From assembly GCF_009914755.1 (NCBI RefSeq), contig NC_060926.1: 64,000 bases of DNA. One strand, given 5' to 3'. Below the pieces are notes generated by a model. It was not told the origin of the DNA. It saw only the letters and a list, made by a program, of their open reading frames with translations, and did no database searches. Both the position numbers and the translations under genes were made by a program. Source of the stretch: the human T2T-CHM13v2.0 reference genome, Homo sapiens. This document shows positions 13,470 through 28,281 of the stretch, one piece after another (positions within the stretch are counted from its first letter, which is position 1; every line of letters starts with the position of its first letter).

Positions 13470-14812
13470 CTTCCACAACATCACACTCTTCTGGCTTTTC
13501 ACCTTCCACCCCAGTTGCTTTTTTTCAGTTTCCTCTGCAAGGTTCTCCTCCATATCTCTAAACACTGCCTTCAACTTTGCTGTCCCCACCCTAAACTTTG
13601 TCAGTGATGACCTCCTGTAATGCACATCTTAAGAAGCCAAACAACTGTTCCTTGGGGCTGCTCCTGGGACCTCTTCGCTTCTCATGTGTCCTTTCTCTGT
13701 TGACCTCGTCCTCCCACAAGCTTTTATATGTTATTTATATGTGAATAGCTCAGATACATATCATTTCAGTCCAGTTCTCTATTCTGAGCTCCGGATCAAT
13801 ACAGCCAAGATCAACATCTCTATTTTGATGACTCACATACCAAGGTTAGTATGCCCAAAATATAACTCTTGTACCACAACCCTCCAAACAACAAAACAAA
13901 GAAACAAACAAAAATGTGTTCTAATGATCTCATCATCAGTATGGAATCATGCCATACCACCAGTCTCCCATGCCCCAGTCTGGGGAGTTATCATCAAAAT
14001 CTTCCTCTCCCTCCAGTCTTACCTCTAATCAAATCTACCTTCACAATCTGGATAAGATGTACCATGCTTGTATCCCCTACCAGCCACCTTCCCAGACAAA
14101 GACAACATTATTGCTTGCCTGGATTATTGCAAAAATCTCCTACTGGGTCTCTCATACAGTCCTGCCCTTCTCCATCCTTCCTTTCTCTGTAGCCAGGCCG
14201 ATAATGCTCCTGTCTGCTTAGAAAGATAATTCTAATAATTTTCCATTGCTGTGTGAAAGAGGTCAAAATAGTCTGTGTGATTTCCAAAGCTCTTCTAAGA
14301 CCAAGACCAAAGATCACCAACAACTCCTCTTCCTATCCCCTTTATGCCCTTCCACTTGCTCTCTCACTTCAAATCTCTGTTTCTCAAACATGACAAGATC
14401 CTTGCTGCCTCAAGATTTTTGCTCAAACTCTTCTCTTTACCTAGACCCTTCCTGCTTGTCATGTCCCCAAGCTTCCACCATCTGCCACACTCCTACCCAT
14501 GTTTTTAGTCTTAGCTAAGGAGTCCTTTTTCAGGAGACTTCCCTAGACTTCTGCACTCAGCTGAAATGTCCTACTGTAGGAGCTCATGGTACCCTGTCCT
14601 TTTCTTTCAATCATTTATCCTCATTGCAATCACAGTAACTGGGTGATTTATGATGCATTGCCTTTCTGTCTCTCTCAATAGATTGGAAGGTTCATGAGGC
14701 TGGGATACTTAGGATTTTCTTTACTCCTATATCTTTGGTGACTAAAACAGAACCTAGCACATAGTAAGTACTCAATAAATACTTGAGGAGTAAATCGATA
14801 AATGAATGAATG
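13470..14812 (+). mobile_element. L2 3' portion
   Basis: ttgcctggattattgcaaaaatctcctactgggtctc and terminus cctagcacatagtaagtactcaataaata...tgaatgaatg. Confidence 0.8.
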
Positions 14813-15109
14813 CATGACAAAGAAAGTGATTTGTTCATTATTTTTCTGCTTTCATTCTATTATACATCCAAACCATCCATCTCTTTTTATCCTCCAAATG
14901 TAGACACAGAATAATGACAGGAAATGGAAAGTGGTAGCTTATTTGGAAATGTTCCCACACTCAGGATTGGTGCTACTAAGCAAGGTTATTTTAGAGAAGC
15001 ATAAGTATATTACTCTCCTCTTCTCTAGGGTTGGCAAAGGATTCTTCATTTCTGCTATTCACGTGCCTATATGACAGAATAATACCAAGACAATGCCCTT
15101 AGTATTATG

Positions 15110-15290
15110 AGGAAAGAAAACATCCTGGCTCTGCCACTAACCAGCTCTGAGACTACACGTAAGTCATTTAATAGCGCTACATCCTAATCTTTCTTCTATG
15201 AAGGAAAAAGACAGTCCTGCTGATCCCGTGTCTTGAGATGCTTCACAACAAAGTTTTGTAAGAGCAAAGGGAATGATGAATAGGGGAGAT
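15110..15290 (+). mobile_element. MIR fragment
   Basis: atcctggctctgccactaaccagctctgaga...aagtcatttaa. Confidence 0.6.
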
Positions 15291-15874
15291 AAAATGCTAT
15301 CCATCCCACACAAATGAGAAAAGAGTCAAAAGCCACAGACATGCTTGCTGGCTACTCAAATAATGCTGATGTATTGTTCTTGGGGGAAAGTACTAAACAT
15401 GAAAGGACTTTAAGTAAAATACATTCAGAGAGCAAAATATATCAATCCTGCCTAAAAGGGCAGGATCTTTGCCAATGAAGTGCTGTCTTTTTGAACAAGA
15501 GAAAAAAAACAAAACAAAACAAAACAAAAAACTAAGATCTTGACCAGTATAACTACGAAAAGAAATCGATCTCTCAAGAGTAAGAGTCTGAACTCAGGTC
15601 TTTAGCCAATTGTTTGAAATGTACCTGCTCAAAAAAATTCCAACTGGGGCAGGCTATTCCTCAAATTGCCTTCTAAGTTATTACACATAATTTGTTGTCT
15701 GTACCTGAACTGCCTTTTGCACTCCAGAGAGAATATCATTTTCAGGGTTTCAGCTACTAAAGAATGCCATTGGCCAGGGAGCTTGAGGAACTCATGCAGT
15801 CACTTTCTAAAGAAATGAAACTACTGTAAAAATGTGTGCTCACACAATAGTGGTATTATTTGCATGCAGCAGTC

Positions 15875-16040
15875 TAGAACAAACCACTTTCACATGTATT
15901 ATCTCATTTATTAATACCCTGTATTCTTTTCTGTTTTACAATCAGGAAACTAAATAAATCAATTAATTTGTCTAAAATTATATACTTTGTACATATCAAG
16001 GCCAAGATCCCCATCGAAGTCTGTGTACTTTCTACCATAC
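15875..16040 (-). mobile_element. MIR fragment
   Basis: cactttcacatgtattatctcattta...ttttacaatcaggaaactaa. Confidence 0.6.
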
Positions 16041-16825
16041 CCTTCATTTCTCCAGTAACAATGGACAATGCCTGAAGAGTTTAAATGTCTTAAAAGTTAT
16101 TTCCTTAAAATAGTAGTCAGTGGGTGAAAATAATTCAAATGCTTTACCTCATGTCATCTGTTCTTTATTTAAAGCCATCAGTAATGGAAGACACTCTTGC
16201 CTCTTAAGGGAATGATATAATTTCTCCTTTGGTTTAGCATAATACCTTTACAGGCTACTTGGGAACAAGGCAAGGTGTCAAAGGCACAGCATATACACAA
16301 AAAATCAATGGCCTTACACTAACTTGGAAGAAGCAGGATATGATGGTTAATTTTATGTGTCAAGTTGACTAAGCAGCAGGCTGACCAAATACCTGATCAA
16401 ACGTTTGTTTCTGGGGATGTGTGTGAAGTTATTTCTGGAAGACATTATCATTTGAATTGTGGACTGAGTAAAGTAGATGACCCTCCTCAATGTAGTCAGG
16501 CCTCACGTAATCTGTTGAGGGCCTAAAAGCAAGAAAAATGCAGAGGAAGGTTGGATTCCCACTCCCTCTGCCTTAGTGCTTGAGCCGGGACATCTATATT
16601 CTCCTGCCTGTGATGCTCCTGGTTCTAAAGTCTTCAGACTCGGACTGGCCTTAATACCATCACGTCTCTGGCTCCCAGACCTACAAACTACACCACCAAC
16701 TCTTCTGGTTCTACAGGTCACAGACAGCAGACCGTGGGACTTAGCCTCCATAATCATGTGAGCCAACATCTTATAATAAATTTTTTTTCTAGAAAGATAT
16801 TTCTTACAAGGTATTGCCTATACAA

Positions 16826-17263
16826 CAGCTGACTCTTGAACAACACAGATGTTAGGAATGGCAAGCCCCCATGCAGTCAAAAATCCACATATAATTTTTG
16901 ATTCCCCCAAAACTTAACTACTAATAGCCTGCTATTGACCAGAAGCCTTACCAATAACATAAAAAGTTGATTAATACATATTTTGTATACGTATTTCATT
17001 CTATATTCTTGCAATAAAATAGGCTAAAGGAAAGAAATGCTATTAAAAAATCATAAGGAAGAGAAAATACATTTACCATTCATTAAGTCAAAGTGTGCCA
17101 ACATAAAGGTTCTCATCCTCATTGACTTCATTCTGAGCAGGCTGAGGCAGAGGAAGAAGAGGAGGGGTTGGTCTTGCTGTCTTAGGGGTTGGTAGAGGTG
17201 GAAGACATTCCAAATACAACTAGACTCACAATGTTCAAACCCATGCTGTTCAAGGGTCAACTG
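16826..17263 (-). mobile_element. Tigger2a (MER28) TcMar DNA transposon
   Basis: TIRs cagctgactcttgaacaac / gctgttcaagggtcaactg; internal gaggaggggttggtcttgctgtc. Confidence 0.88.
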
Positions 17264-17343
17264 TGTATATATATAATATCTATATTATATATAGATATAT
17301 ACAATATATATGTATAATGTATACACCCAATGAGATTAATCAT

Positions 17344-17793
17344 TGTCATGGTTTGGATATCATTTGTCCCCACCAAAACTCATGTTGAAATTTGGTCCCC
17401 AACATGGAGGTACTGGGGTGTGGGCCTAGTGGGAGATGTTTGAGTCATGGGGGTAGATCCCTCAGGATTGGCTTTGTTCCATTCTCGAGGTGATGAATGA
17501 GTTCTTGCCCCTGTGAGACTAGATTACTTCTCACAGTAACAGGTTGGTTCCCAGGAGAGGCAGTTGTTATAAAGCAAGGTTCCTCCTCCTGTCCCTCTTT
17601 GCATGGGTCTACTCCTCCTTTGACCTCCCACCATATGATGCTACACAAAAGCCTTCACCAGAAGCCAAACAGGTGTCAGCATCATGCGCATTGAACTTCC
17701 CAGCATGAAGAACTGTGAGCTAAATAAACCTCTTATTTATAAACTAACCAGTCTCTGGTATTATGTTACAGCAACACAAAATGGACTAACACA
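17344..17793 (+). mobile_element. MSTB-type solo LTR
   Basis: tgtcatggtttggatat...aaatggactaacaca, with TSD atcat/atgat. Confidence 0.88.
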
Positions 17794-18104
17794 ATGATAT
17801 ATTGTATTGGTTATAAGTCCTATTGGTTCTGTTTCTCTGGAGAACCCTGAGAAACACATAGAATATAGAGCCACCTGTCCATACACCTGCACATTCATCT
17901 CTGGTGGGAGTACCACATGGGAGATGGGGTCTCAGACAGTAATTTTTGAACCTCAAAGAAGCAACACTCCCTAGTTTATATCTGGCTTATAATTATGATA
18001 TAATCCTCATGCATACTAAATTCATTGCAAGGGCTAAACCTTGCAATAAAACTTTTGTTCTACACATTCTGACAATGGGAACCATGTGCCTAGGAAGCAC
18101 TTCA

Positions 18105-18240
18105 TCCAAGCTATAGTCTTTGCTCTGTCACTCAATTTTGTTCTGACCATGAGTAAGTCCCTTCGTGACTTGGGACCTCAGTCTCCTAATCAGAAAAGGG
18201 AGTTGGATAAGAGTGCTCTTACAAACTCCTACATTCTCTC
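18105..18240 (+). mobile_element. MIR fragment
   Basis: tgaccatgagtaagtccctt...cctcagtctcctaatc. Confidence 0.6.
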
Positions 18241-18394
18241 CACTTTTTTCTGCATGACCCTAGGTTTTTAGAAGCTGGGTAATGACTAACTACTATTGGA
18301 AAATGGGCTTATTCATTTGCTATGTATTCTGTCGGGCTCTCCTCTCAAATTATACTTTGGAGAGAGGAGTATGTGTATGGAGGGGGGAGGTATT

Positions 18395-18730
18395 TGTTTA
18401 TTCATTCAATAAATATTTATTGAGTAGTACCTACAAGAAGTCATACACTTGATCGAGGTCTAGGGACAGAACAGTGAATAAGACTGACATGGTCCTTTTC
18501 TAATAAAGTTTACATTCCATGAGGGAGATAAACAATAAAGAAATAATACAATAGAAAACAGAGAGTGATTATGGCTATAAAGAAAATCAAAGGAGAGCAA
18601 AGAGATTGGGAGTAATAGGGACCCTGTGGCTTTTGACAGGGTGATCAGAGAAGAAGTCTGCGAAAAAAGTCTCATTCTAGAAGAGGCCTGAATAAAGTTA
18701 GAGAATGAGCTATGAAAATATCTGGACTGT
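18395..18730 (-). mobile_element. L2 3' end
   Basis: ttcattcaataaatatttattgagtagtacctac, an antisense L2 terminus. Confidence 0.8.
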
Positions 18731-19669
18731 CACTTTTACTAAAAATAAATTTTTCATAAACATCTTAAGAGAATTAGTAATAGCTTTTCTTATAGTTTAC
18801 AGAAAATCCTGGTTGAGGCGAAGAGTTTCTCTACTAAAAAGTTAATGAAAAAGGTTTTATAATGTACAGTAGTTCAGGTCTCTTTTGTAAAAAGTGGCAG
18901 AAAGATGGTTTTTACACCGTTAACAATAGATTCAACAAAAATGTATTATGTGCCTAAAATGTTTAACTAAATATAGTCCATACAATATTTGGCTTAACGG
19001 CCTTAGCAGGCATATCCCCGTGGGGCTCTGGTAGGGAAAAGTCCAGGGGCATTGCATAGAGAGGATAAGGGAACCCAGGAATAGCTGAATGATTTGCCCC
19101 TGGAATCCCAAACAGGACATTTCTCTTCCCTGTAAAACCCTGGGGTTTTACAGCTTTTCCCCAGGGACACAGCGCCTGACCCTGCAAGTGTGTGTCCCCC
19201 TACAGTGAGACCAAGACCACACCAAGGCAGGCAGATTTGATAAAGCTCTAGGTGGTTCCAGCATCACACAGCCAGTCATTTACATTGTTCAAGCAGGTAG
19301 CCAGCATTTGTGGAACACACTGAAGGGAAGCAGGCCTACTATCGTCATTAGTGGATATCAGGATTGAGGACTTTCATACAGCATTTCAAACAAGTTTATT
19401 AGAAAATATCATGAACTTTTAGCCAACCCTATGCCCTGAAGCAAGAAGCAAGAAATGAGGCATCTCAGTGTAGGTGATGTGGAATGGAGGCAGGGAAAGG
19501 CCTCCAAAAGTTGATCATTGGAACAGTAAAGAGCTGTCATTCATTCCTTGGACAGATACTGGAACCCGCTGTACAGCATTATAAACTACTGAGCTAGCAA
19601 ACCCTCCCAGGCGGCATTATGTTTCGGTACTGGAGCTGAGTGAAATCTACCTTACTGTTTTTTGTTTTT

Positions 19670-20625
19670 AACAAAATAGCTTTATTGAAATAAAATTCAT
19701 ATAATATAAAATTCACTTATTTAGAATATACAATTCAATTGCTTTTAGTTTACTTCCAGAGTTGTGTGATCATCACCACAATCTAATTTTAAAATATTTC
19801 TATCACTCCAAAAAAAAACTCGTTATCTATTAGCAGCAACTCCATCCTACCACCAGGCCCCACTCCAGCCTAAGGCAACCACTAATCTACCTGTCTCTAC
19901 AGATTTACCTATTCAGGGATACTTCAGGTAAATGGAATCATATAATATGTGGTCATTTGTGACTAGCTTCATTCACTTAGCATGATGTTTTCAAGGTTCA
20001 TCTATGTTGTGACCTGGATCCACGCTTCATTTCTTTGTATTGCCAAATAATAGACTATTTTATGGACATACTGCATTTTGTTCATCTATTTATCAGTTGA
20101 TAGATATTTGAGTTCTTTGTACTTTCTGGCTATTATGAATAATGTTACTATGAACATTTGTGCATGTTTTTGCACAGGCATATGTCTTCATTTGTCTTGG
20201 ATATGTACTCCTAGGAGTGGATTGCTGGGTGATACGGTAACTCCAGTTTAACTATTTAAGGAATTACCACGGTGTTTTCCAAAATGCCAATACCATTTTA
20301 CCTTCCCACCAGCAGTGTTTGGGGGTTTCACTTTCTACACATCCTCACCAACACTTGTTATTATCTGTCTTTTTCATTCAAGTGGGTATAAAGGAGTACC
20401 TCATGGTAGTTTTGATTTGCATCTCCCTAATGGCTAAAGATGTTCATCATCTTTTCATATGCTTATTGACCCTTTGTATATGTTCTTGGGCAAAATGTCT
20501 TTTTAAATCATTTGCACATTTATTAGTTGGTTCTTTTTTTATTATTCAGTTGTAAGATTTCCTTATATATTCTGGATACAAGTTCCTTATTAGCTACATT
20601 ATTTGCAAATATTTTCTTCAATATT
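19670..20625 (-). mobile_element. L1MB-type 3' UTR / ORF2 end
   Basis: gctttattgaaataaaattcatata...ggcaaccactaatctac...gttttgatttgcatctccctaatg. Confidence 0.88.
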
Positions 20626-21689
20626 TTAGTGCACAAAGTAGGCTAATGCTGGGTAATGAACCTGCTTTAGGGAAGGCTGTCTTGGCAGGTCAGAGCACTG
20701 TTAGGTTCTGCTATATGTTAAAATATGGCGAGACTGGAAGGCAGCACGAGAGACCTTCTCTGTATGTGTTTGATAAATTAAAACCTGAGGCAAAAACAAA
20801 GTAGAATGAAATGTTTACTCTTCAGGCATCATGCTGAGTTAATTTTATTATTTTCTTTTTGACCTAACAAGGAGTTTCAAAAGGGAAGTTAGGGGTTTTG
20901 TTTTTGTTGGTAGCTGCATTAGATGGATATTAGCCAATCTCTTTTCCTCATCATACTTTATCCATCTGTCCTGCCTTCCCACAACCTGGGATAACTCCAT
21001 TTTATTGCTGTGTTGTCTCTTCCAACTTCTCCAAGGCAACTGGCATTTTCCCTATTTTGGGTAAAGAAAACTAAAAAAAAAGTTAGAGGAAAGAGAAAAT
21101 GAAAATAACACTAAGAGGTTATCTTAATGTTGTAAACAGTTATAAACAAGAAAGAACTGAGATTATATCTGTGGCAATAAAATCAGATAGTACCACCCTC
21201 AGTTCTCCCTAATCACAAATTAAAGTCTTTTTCTCACACTTCATATTTGCCTTTATTCTACTCAACAGACCTTGAAAATGGGATTCAGTAACAATGTTTC
21301 ACATCCTTGGACATATTTCTCACTGATATTTGACCTGCTGTTCAAAAAGAAAAAAAAAACTTTAAGTCAAAATTTAGTCTGAACTCTATTCAATTTATTT
21401 TTTAATGAGAAGACTAAATTAAATATTCTCAGTTCAAATTATATTGTGCTAGTTTGTAACAGAGTCTGGGTGGACAAGTGACCCCTGAATGCATTTCTAC
21501 TACCTGTTGACTAACAAGTCCTTAACCAGCAAAAGAATCTTATTCACTGTGTATCTCCCTATTCTGAGCTACAATTCTAAAACTGTCCCGAATTAGATGT
21601 CTTTATTTTCCTCTGGTCAATTTCATATTTGAACTTAAGGCTAAATGTCTATACGTGTGTGAGTATGTGTCTGTTGGTATGCAACAATG

Positions 21690-22070
21690 AAATGTGTATG
21701 ACTATTTACCAATATCGAGGTCCTATTCCAGGTATCAGGATGATCAGACTTTACTCTTTCAAGTTAGCTTTCGCTGCAAGACTTGCTCTGGCCAATAAAA
21801 CTGAGCAAAAATGATGTGTGTCTCATTTTTGCTATAGTGTTGAAGAATCCATGTGTGGGCCTCCATGGTTTTCCCCACTGTTACTGAATTCTATGACATT
21901 CTAAATGGAAGAGGCTTCATCAGCTTGGGTCTCAGAGTAGAAATGACATGAATCAGAGCCCTCCAGCAATGAGTATGTGGTATGAGTAAGAAATAAACCT
22001 TTATTGTTTTTGGTTACAGACATTTGGGGATGTTTGTTACTGCAGCATAACATTCCACCTAACTAATTCA
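21690..22070 (+). mobile_element. Old MLT1 (I/J type) LTR
   Basis: gacttgctctggccaat...agaaataaacctttattg...tttggggatgtttgttactgcagcataac. Confidence 0.75.
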
Positions 22071-23482
22071 AGTAGCCAAAAAAAAAAAAACCTGCTTTTA
22101 TTTTCAGTCCTGTTCTTCCTCAACATACTTAAAAGTTCTTCTCTATTAATTATTGACGCAACTAACAACCCAAATCCAATTTGGTCAGACCATGTTGCAG
22201 AATCTGCTGCTTGGAACATGACAAAAACATCAAGAAAAAACTGTTCAGATTACAGAGTTTACTACACTGAAGTACATAAATGTCTTCCTCCCTCCTTGTC
22301 CTCCTGTGTCCTAGTACATTCATTGGAGTTTCACATTCATACAAATAAAATAAAAGATGAGGATACACGGTTTTGCTGAAAATCTTCCCATTCCTTAAAG
22401 TTTTTAATATGGAACATTGCATGTTTTTCATACTTGATATGAACACTTCATGCACATTTTCCCACGTGCAATGCATGCTTGTGGGAGCCTAGCCTTCATG
22501 CAGGCAGCTGGTGTACCACAGAAGGCTTTCTCCATTGAAGAAAATTGAGCATGTTGAGCAAATATGAAGCTTCTGTTTCTCGGCAACAAAGTTCCTGCTT
22601 AGGTTCTGGAATAGCTATGGATTGTACATTCCTCAGGTGCTACTTAGGGAGCAATAGAGGATAATCCACCTCTAATGTGTTTACCAGGTCAATTCTCTGC
22701 ATAGTTATACAGCCTAATTTCTCCTTGAAGCCATCCCGCAAAGATCCTAAAATGTGACTACATCACGAGTTTGCAACACTCCCAGAAAGAGCCACACCAC
22801 TTGCCAGATGCAACAGTAAATGCCTCTTTAAAAACACAAAAACAAAAAAGTTTTCATTAAAAGATGCTCCTGCCCAAATTTCCTATGAAATAATGATGCT
22901 GCAGTCCCAAAGGAGGTAGGCTTTTGGAGAAAGAGGAATTCTTAAAAATGCATTTGGAGCCAAGGCACTGAGTTTTTCCCATTGTGCTACACAAAAAAGA
23001 CAGGTCTGGAGGTAATTTAACAAGTTTAAATTACCATTTGGAAAGTAATAAGCTTTGGCTCCTGAGATGTGCAACCAACTGGGAATGGTCTGGCAAAAAA
23101 AAAAACCCTGTGTATTACACATTTCTCAGCTAAGTCCCAGACTCACATGCAACACTTAGCTTTTAGGAGATAATATGTGAATTAATGACTCTTCATGCAT
23201 GGTTTAGGAACCCGAAATCACTAAAATGGCTGCCTGTGAGATAAATAACCTTTCCTCCATCATGTAAAATACTGATAAAGGGATTTAATGTATACTCTGA
23301 TTCTTAAACATGATTCAGAAGAGAGTACATACAAATAAAAACAGCAGCATTTTCAGAGCATCATCAATTTTGTAAATTTCTTCGTACCTTTGCTCAAATT
23401 TGATCAAAGTGAATTTCTTCACATAATCCCAGTCAGCTAGCCACAAGCCATGTCACCTCATGTGTACACTTGTCTATTTCAT

Positions 23483-23880
23483 TGTTTTATTAGTCAGAGA
23501 AGGCTAACTTCTTTCACACTTACCTCAACATTTTAGTGGCTTAACACAATCTAAGTTTACTACTTGCTCATGCAACACTCTAATAAGGCGAAGCTTTCTG
23601 GTCAGGCTCCTCCAAGCAGGAAGTCAAGAACCAAGGCTTCTCCCAGTCTGTGGCTCCGCCATTCCCCAAGTCCTCAAAGCCCTGTCTATTTGGATGCCAG
23701 CGGGGAGAGAGAATAAAAGGCCATCAGCACAGTTAATGGGCCTCGCTTGGACTAGGAATTCACCACTCTGCCCACATTTCATTGCTCAGATCTCAATCAT
23801 TTAGGACACCCAAATGCCAAGGACAAAGTAGGAAATGTTGTTAAGCTGTGTGTCCAGGAGGAAAGGGGAAAGAATTTGGG
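23483..23880 (-). mobile_element. Old MLT1 (K/L type) LTR
   Basis: tattagtcag...tagtggcttaacacaatctaagtttactacttgctcatgc. Confidence 0.65.
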
Positions 23881-24231
23881 GACTCCCCCTCTCTCTTGCT
23901 GGCTGGGACATAACCTCTCTGTTTTCTGTTCTGCAAAGTGGGCCTAATAATTGTATCTACTTATGATTATTCCTACTACATTTTTTTCAGGGATCCAAAA
24001 CTGGCCACACTGAGAATTGACTTGAATTGTAAGAGACCTGTGAATCAGCAAGATTGCCGGTTTATTTCCAGTAGAGGCTATAAACTTATCGGCCACCAGC
24101 TAGGACATCTTGTTTTTGACTCAAGCTGTGTAAACTGCCATACAAGCCATCAGAAGGTGATATTCTGAGTAGAGGGGATCAGAGAAAAGGACATAGGACA
24201 GCCTGAAGGGGTGCTTTTTCTCTAGACCAAG

Positions 24232-24420
24232 TGACCAAGGTTTCTAAGCCTTGTCACTACCGACATTTTGGGCTAAATCATTCTTTGTGGCACGGCCTTC
24301 CCATGAATCAGAGGTTGTACAGTGGCATCCCCAGCCTCCACCCACTAGATGCCATTAATACTTCCCCAGTTGTGATGAACAAAAATGTCTCCAGACATTG
24401 CCAAATGTTGCAGAGGGACT
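24232..24420. mobile_element. MER20 hAT-Charlie relic
   Basis: gacattttgggctaaatcattcttt...cccactagatgcca...aaaatgtctccagacattgccaaatg. Confidence 0.85.
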
Positions 24421-25344
24421 AAAGCACACTCTTCTCCACTTGATAGCTACAGTTCTAGATCACGAAAAAGAATAATGAACTATTTGACTGGAAAACACCT
24501 ATATGCAGAGACAGTGCCTGTCTGTAGGTGTTCCTATCTGTCTGTCTGTCTCTCTCTCTCAGGCAGTGCTGGGAAAACTGCCAAATACCTGCTCTTTGGC
24601 TTCCCTTTGTCCAGCCACCATGCAGCTCATCTTCCTCAAGAACATTTGCTTCCTTCAGCTGTGCAGATGCTGCTGATGGAGCTACAAGCCCTTTGTGTGC
24701 AGGGAGATGACAGGGCTGTGTGTGTCTCCCATTCCCCCAGGGCATTTTCCTTACGAGATTTTAGGGGGAAATTACTAAACAAGCCTTCAAGCAAAGGTAA
24801 ATGGATTGGGATTTTTGTACCAGAGTCCCCCAAACTTCAAGTGCTCTCAACAGCTAAAGGTATTTCCAGGGAGGCAGGAAAAAAGATGACATTTGCAACC
24901 TCTCAGAAGGCACTTATTCCAAGTATAATCCAATTTAGAAAGTGCATTTGCTTTAAACTTCCTCTAAAAACCTAAATAGAAAAAATATTTCTAAATCTTG
25001 GTCCAAATAGTGACACTGCCTTTTCTCCCTCCAACTAGCTGTTGCATTCCAGTAATTAGGGAAAGGCTCTCTGATGTGGGTATAACTGTATAAAACTCCA
25101 AGCGTTTCAAGTTGAAATGTACAAATGGACTTATTTATGACTTTTGTTGCTTTGATACGAAAACAAAACTGTTCAAAGCCAAAGGTTTTTTTAATTTGAA
25201 TATAGTCGACTTACACCAGATAACAACACTTGAAAAAACTAAGCTATTTAATGAATATTAGACAAACGCTATACAAAGAACCATGAGGATTTCTTCATTC
25301 CAATTTATTTTTAAGCTAAAAAAAATCTAAAAAATAAACAAGCT

Positions 25345-26228
<884 letters not shown>

Positions 26229-26580
26229 TCAACTGGATAACATATTGGGCTCTGGATAACTATATTAAACTGAATCCAAATTGCTTAGAAAGCATTTATC
26301 ATTACTATCTCAGAAGAGTAGTTATGCACAAGTATGATCAAGAAGCACATTTCTAGCAACAATCTATTTGTCCCTTTTCCCCCCATATTAGTCATGGTTT
26401 CTTCCCTAAGATGAGCAGAGAGAACCAAACTAGATGTTTCTCTTGCTCATGTACACTGGGCAGGGGCTGACTGCATGAGCTAACAAGGGAGGTGGCTCCT
26501 CCGGAGACTAGCACCCACGGCTTCTAGTCGTGTTCACATTCGTTATAATGAAAATCTGTCCTGCTGCCCAGTGGGTTCAA

Positions 26581-26594
26581 GTAACCATGGCAAC
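26581..26594. promoter_or_regulatory. RFX X-box motif
   Basis: GTAACC-AT-GGCAAC fits GTNRCC(N0-3)RGYAAC, with an extra half-site agcaac at 26600-26605. Confidence 0.5.
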
Positions 26595-27449
26595 TTACCA
26601 GCAACATCGCTCACACAAATTATAGCAAAGAAGCTATGACCAGCTCCACCCAGAAACTGAAACGGTCACACCAAGAAAGAAACATTTCTCAAGGACACTT
26701 AGCTCTTAAAGAGCCATTGGCAACCCTGTATCTGTTCAGCTTTATCACCAGAATAAATCTCAGCTCGCTTTTACTGAACAGCGTTAAAAGCTGTTACACA
26801 TAATACACTTGAACTTTGGTTGTAATTAAACTGGTGAATCACAACTTTGACTAACTCTCTGTGTCACAAAGAGCATTGATAAGGAGTTGTCTGGAGAGCC
26901 AGACAGCCCTCAGCCCACCTGGAATGCTGCAGACACCCGTCCTTGCATTCTCAGGGCAGGCAGAACTTTCACTGCAGAACGTGCAAGTCCCAGCGCTTCT
27001 CAGAGACCAGAAGCTTGGCGCAAAGTGATGCCTGGGGGACAGTGACAGCAAGAAAAGGAAACTCTGCCTTTCTGGAAAGTTCTGAGTTTACTTTTTTAAA
27101 GAAAACATAGAAAAGTCTTTAAATAAATTATTTTTTAAAACTACCACATGAGAGATAGGAAAAGATCATTTGTTGAGTGGTGATTTGAACAGCCACTGAG
27201 GGATGTGGCGGAGCAAGTTAATGAGGAAACTCGTAGGCTTGTCAGGCAGTTTCATGGGTCTAGTTGAAGCTGGTGACTATGAATTTAGAGGCTCGTCAAA
27301 GTTCTCAATCCATGTCTGTTCACCTCCCCCACTAGACTGTGTTCCTGGAGGGCTTAATTCATCTTGTGTCATCAGCACCTAGCTCGGCTCTGATACAAAG
27401 CAGATGCCCCCAGTGTTAGCTAAACTCAGTGGCAACGTCTGCAATGTCT

Positions 27450-28281
<832 letters not shown>

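Larger units (their letters stand above)
16340..17858 (+). mobile_element. MLT2B-type (ERVL) solo LTR split by two nested insertions
   Basis: Start tgatggttaattttatgtgtcaa; the end tcctattggttctgtttctctggagaaccctga lies at about 17818-17850. Confidence 0.85.

Noticed and set aside
18024-18047. 9-bp inverted repeat attgcaagg/ccttgcaat
   Set aside because: Too short to exceed chance in 64 kb.
18407-18424. Palindrome tcaataaatatttattga
   Set aside because: Standard feature of the L2 3' terminus.
24385-24975. 196-aa ORF, the longest in the window
   Set aside because: Starts inside MER20, includes simple-repeat-derived residues and resembles no protein I know.
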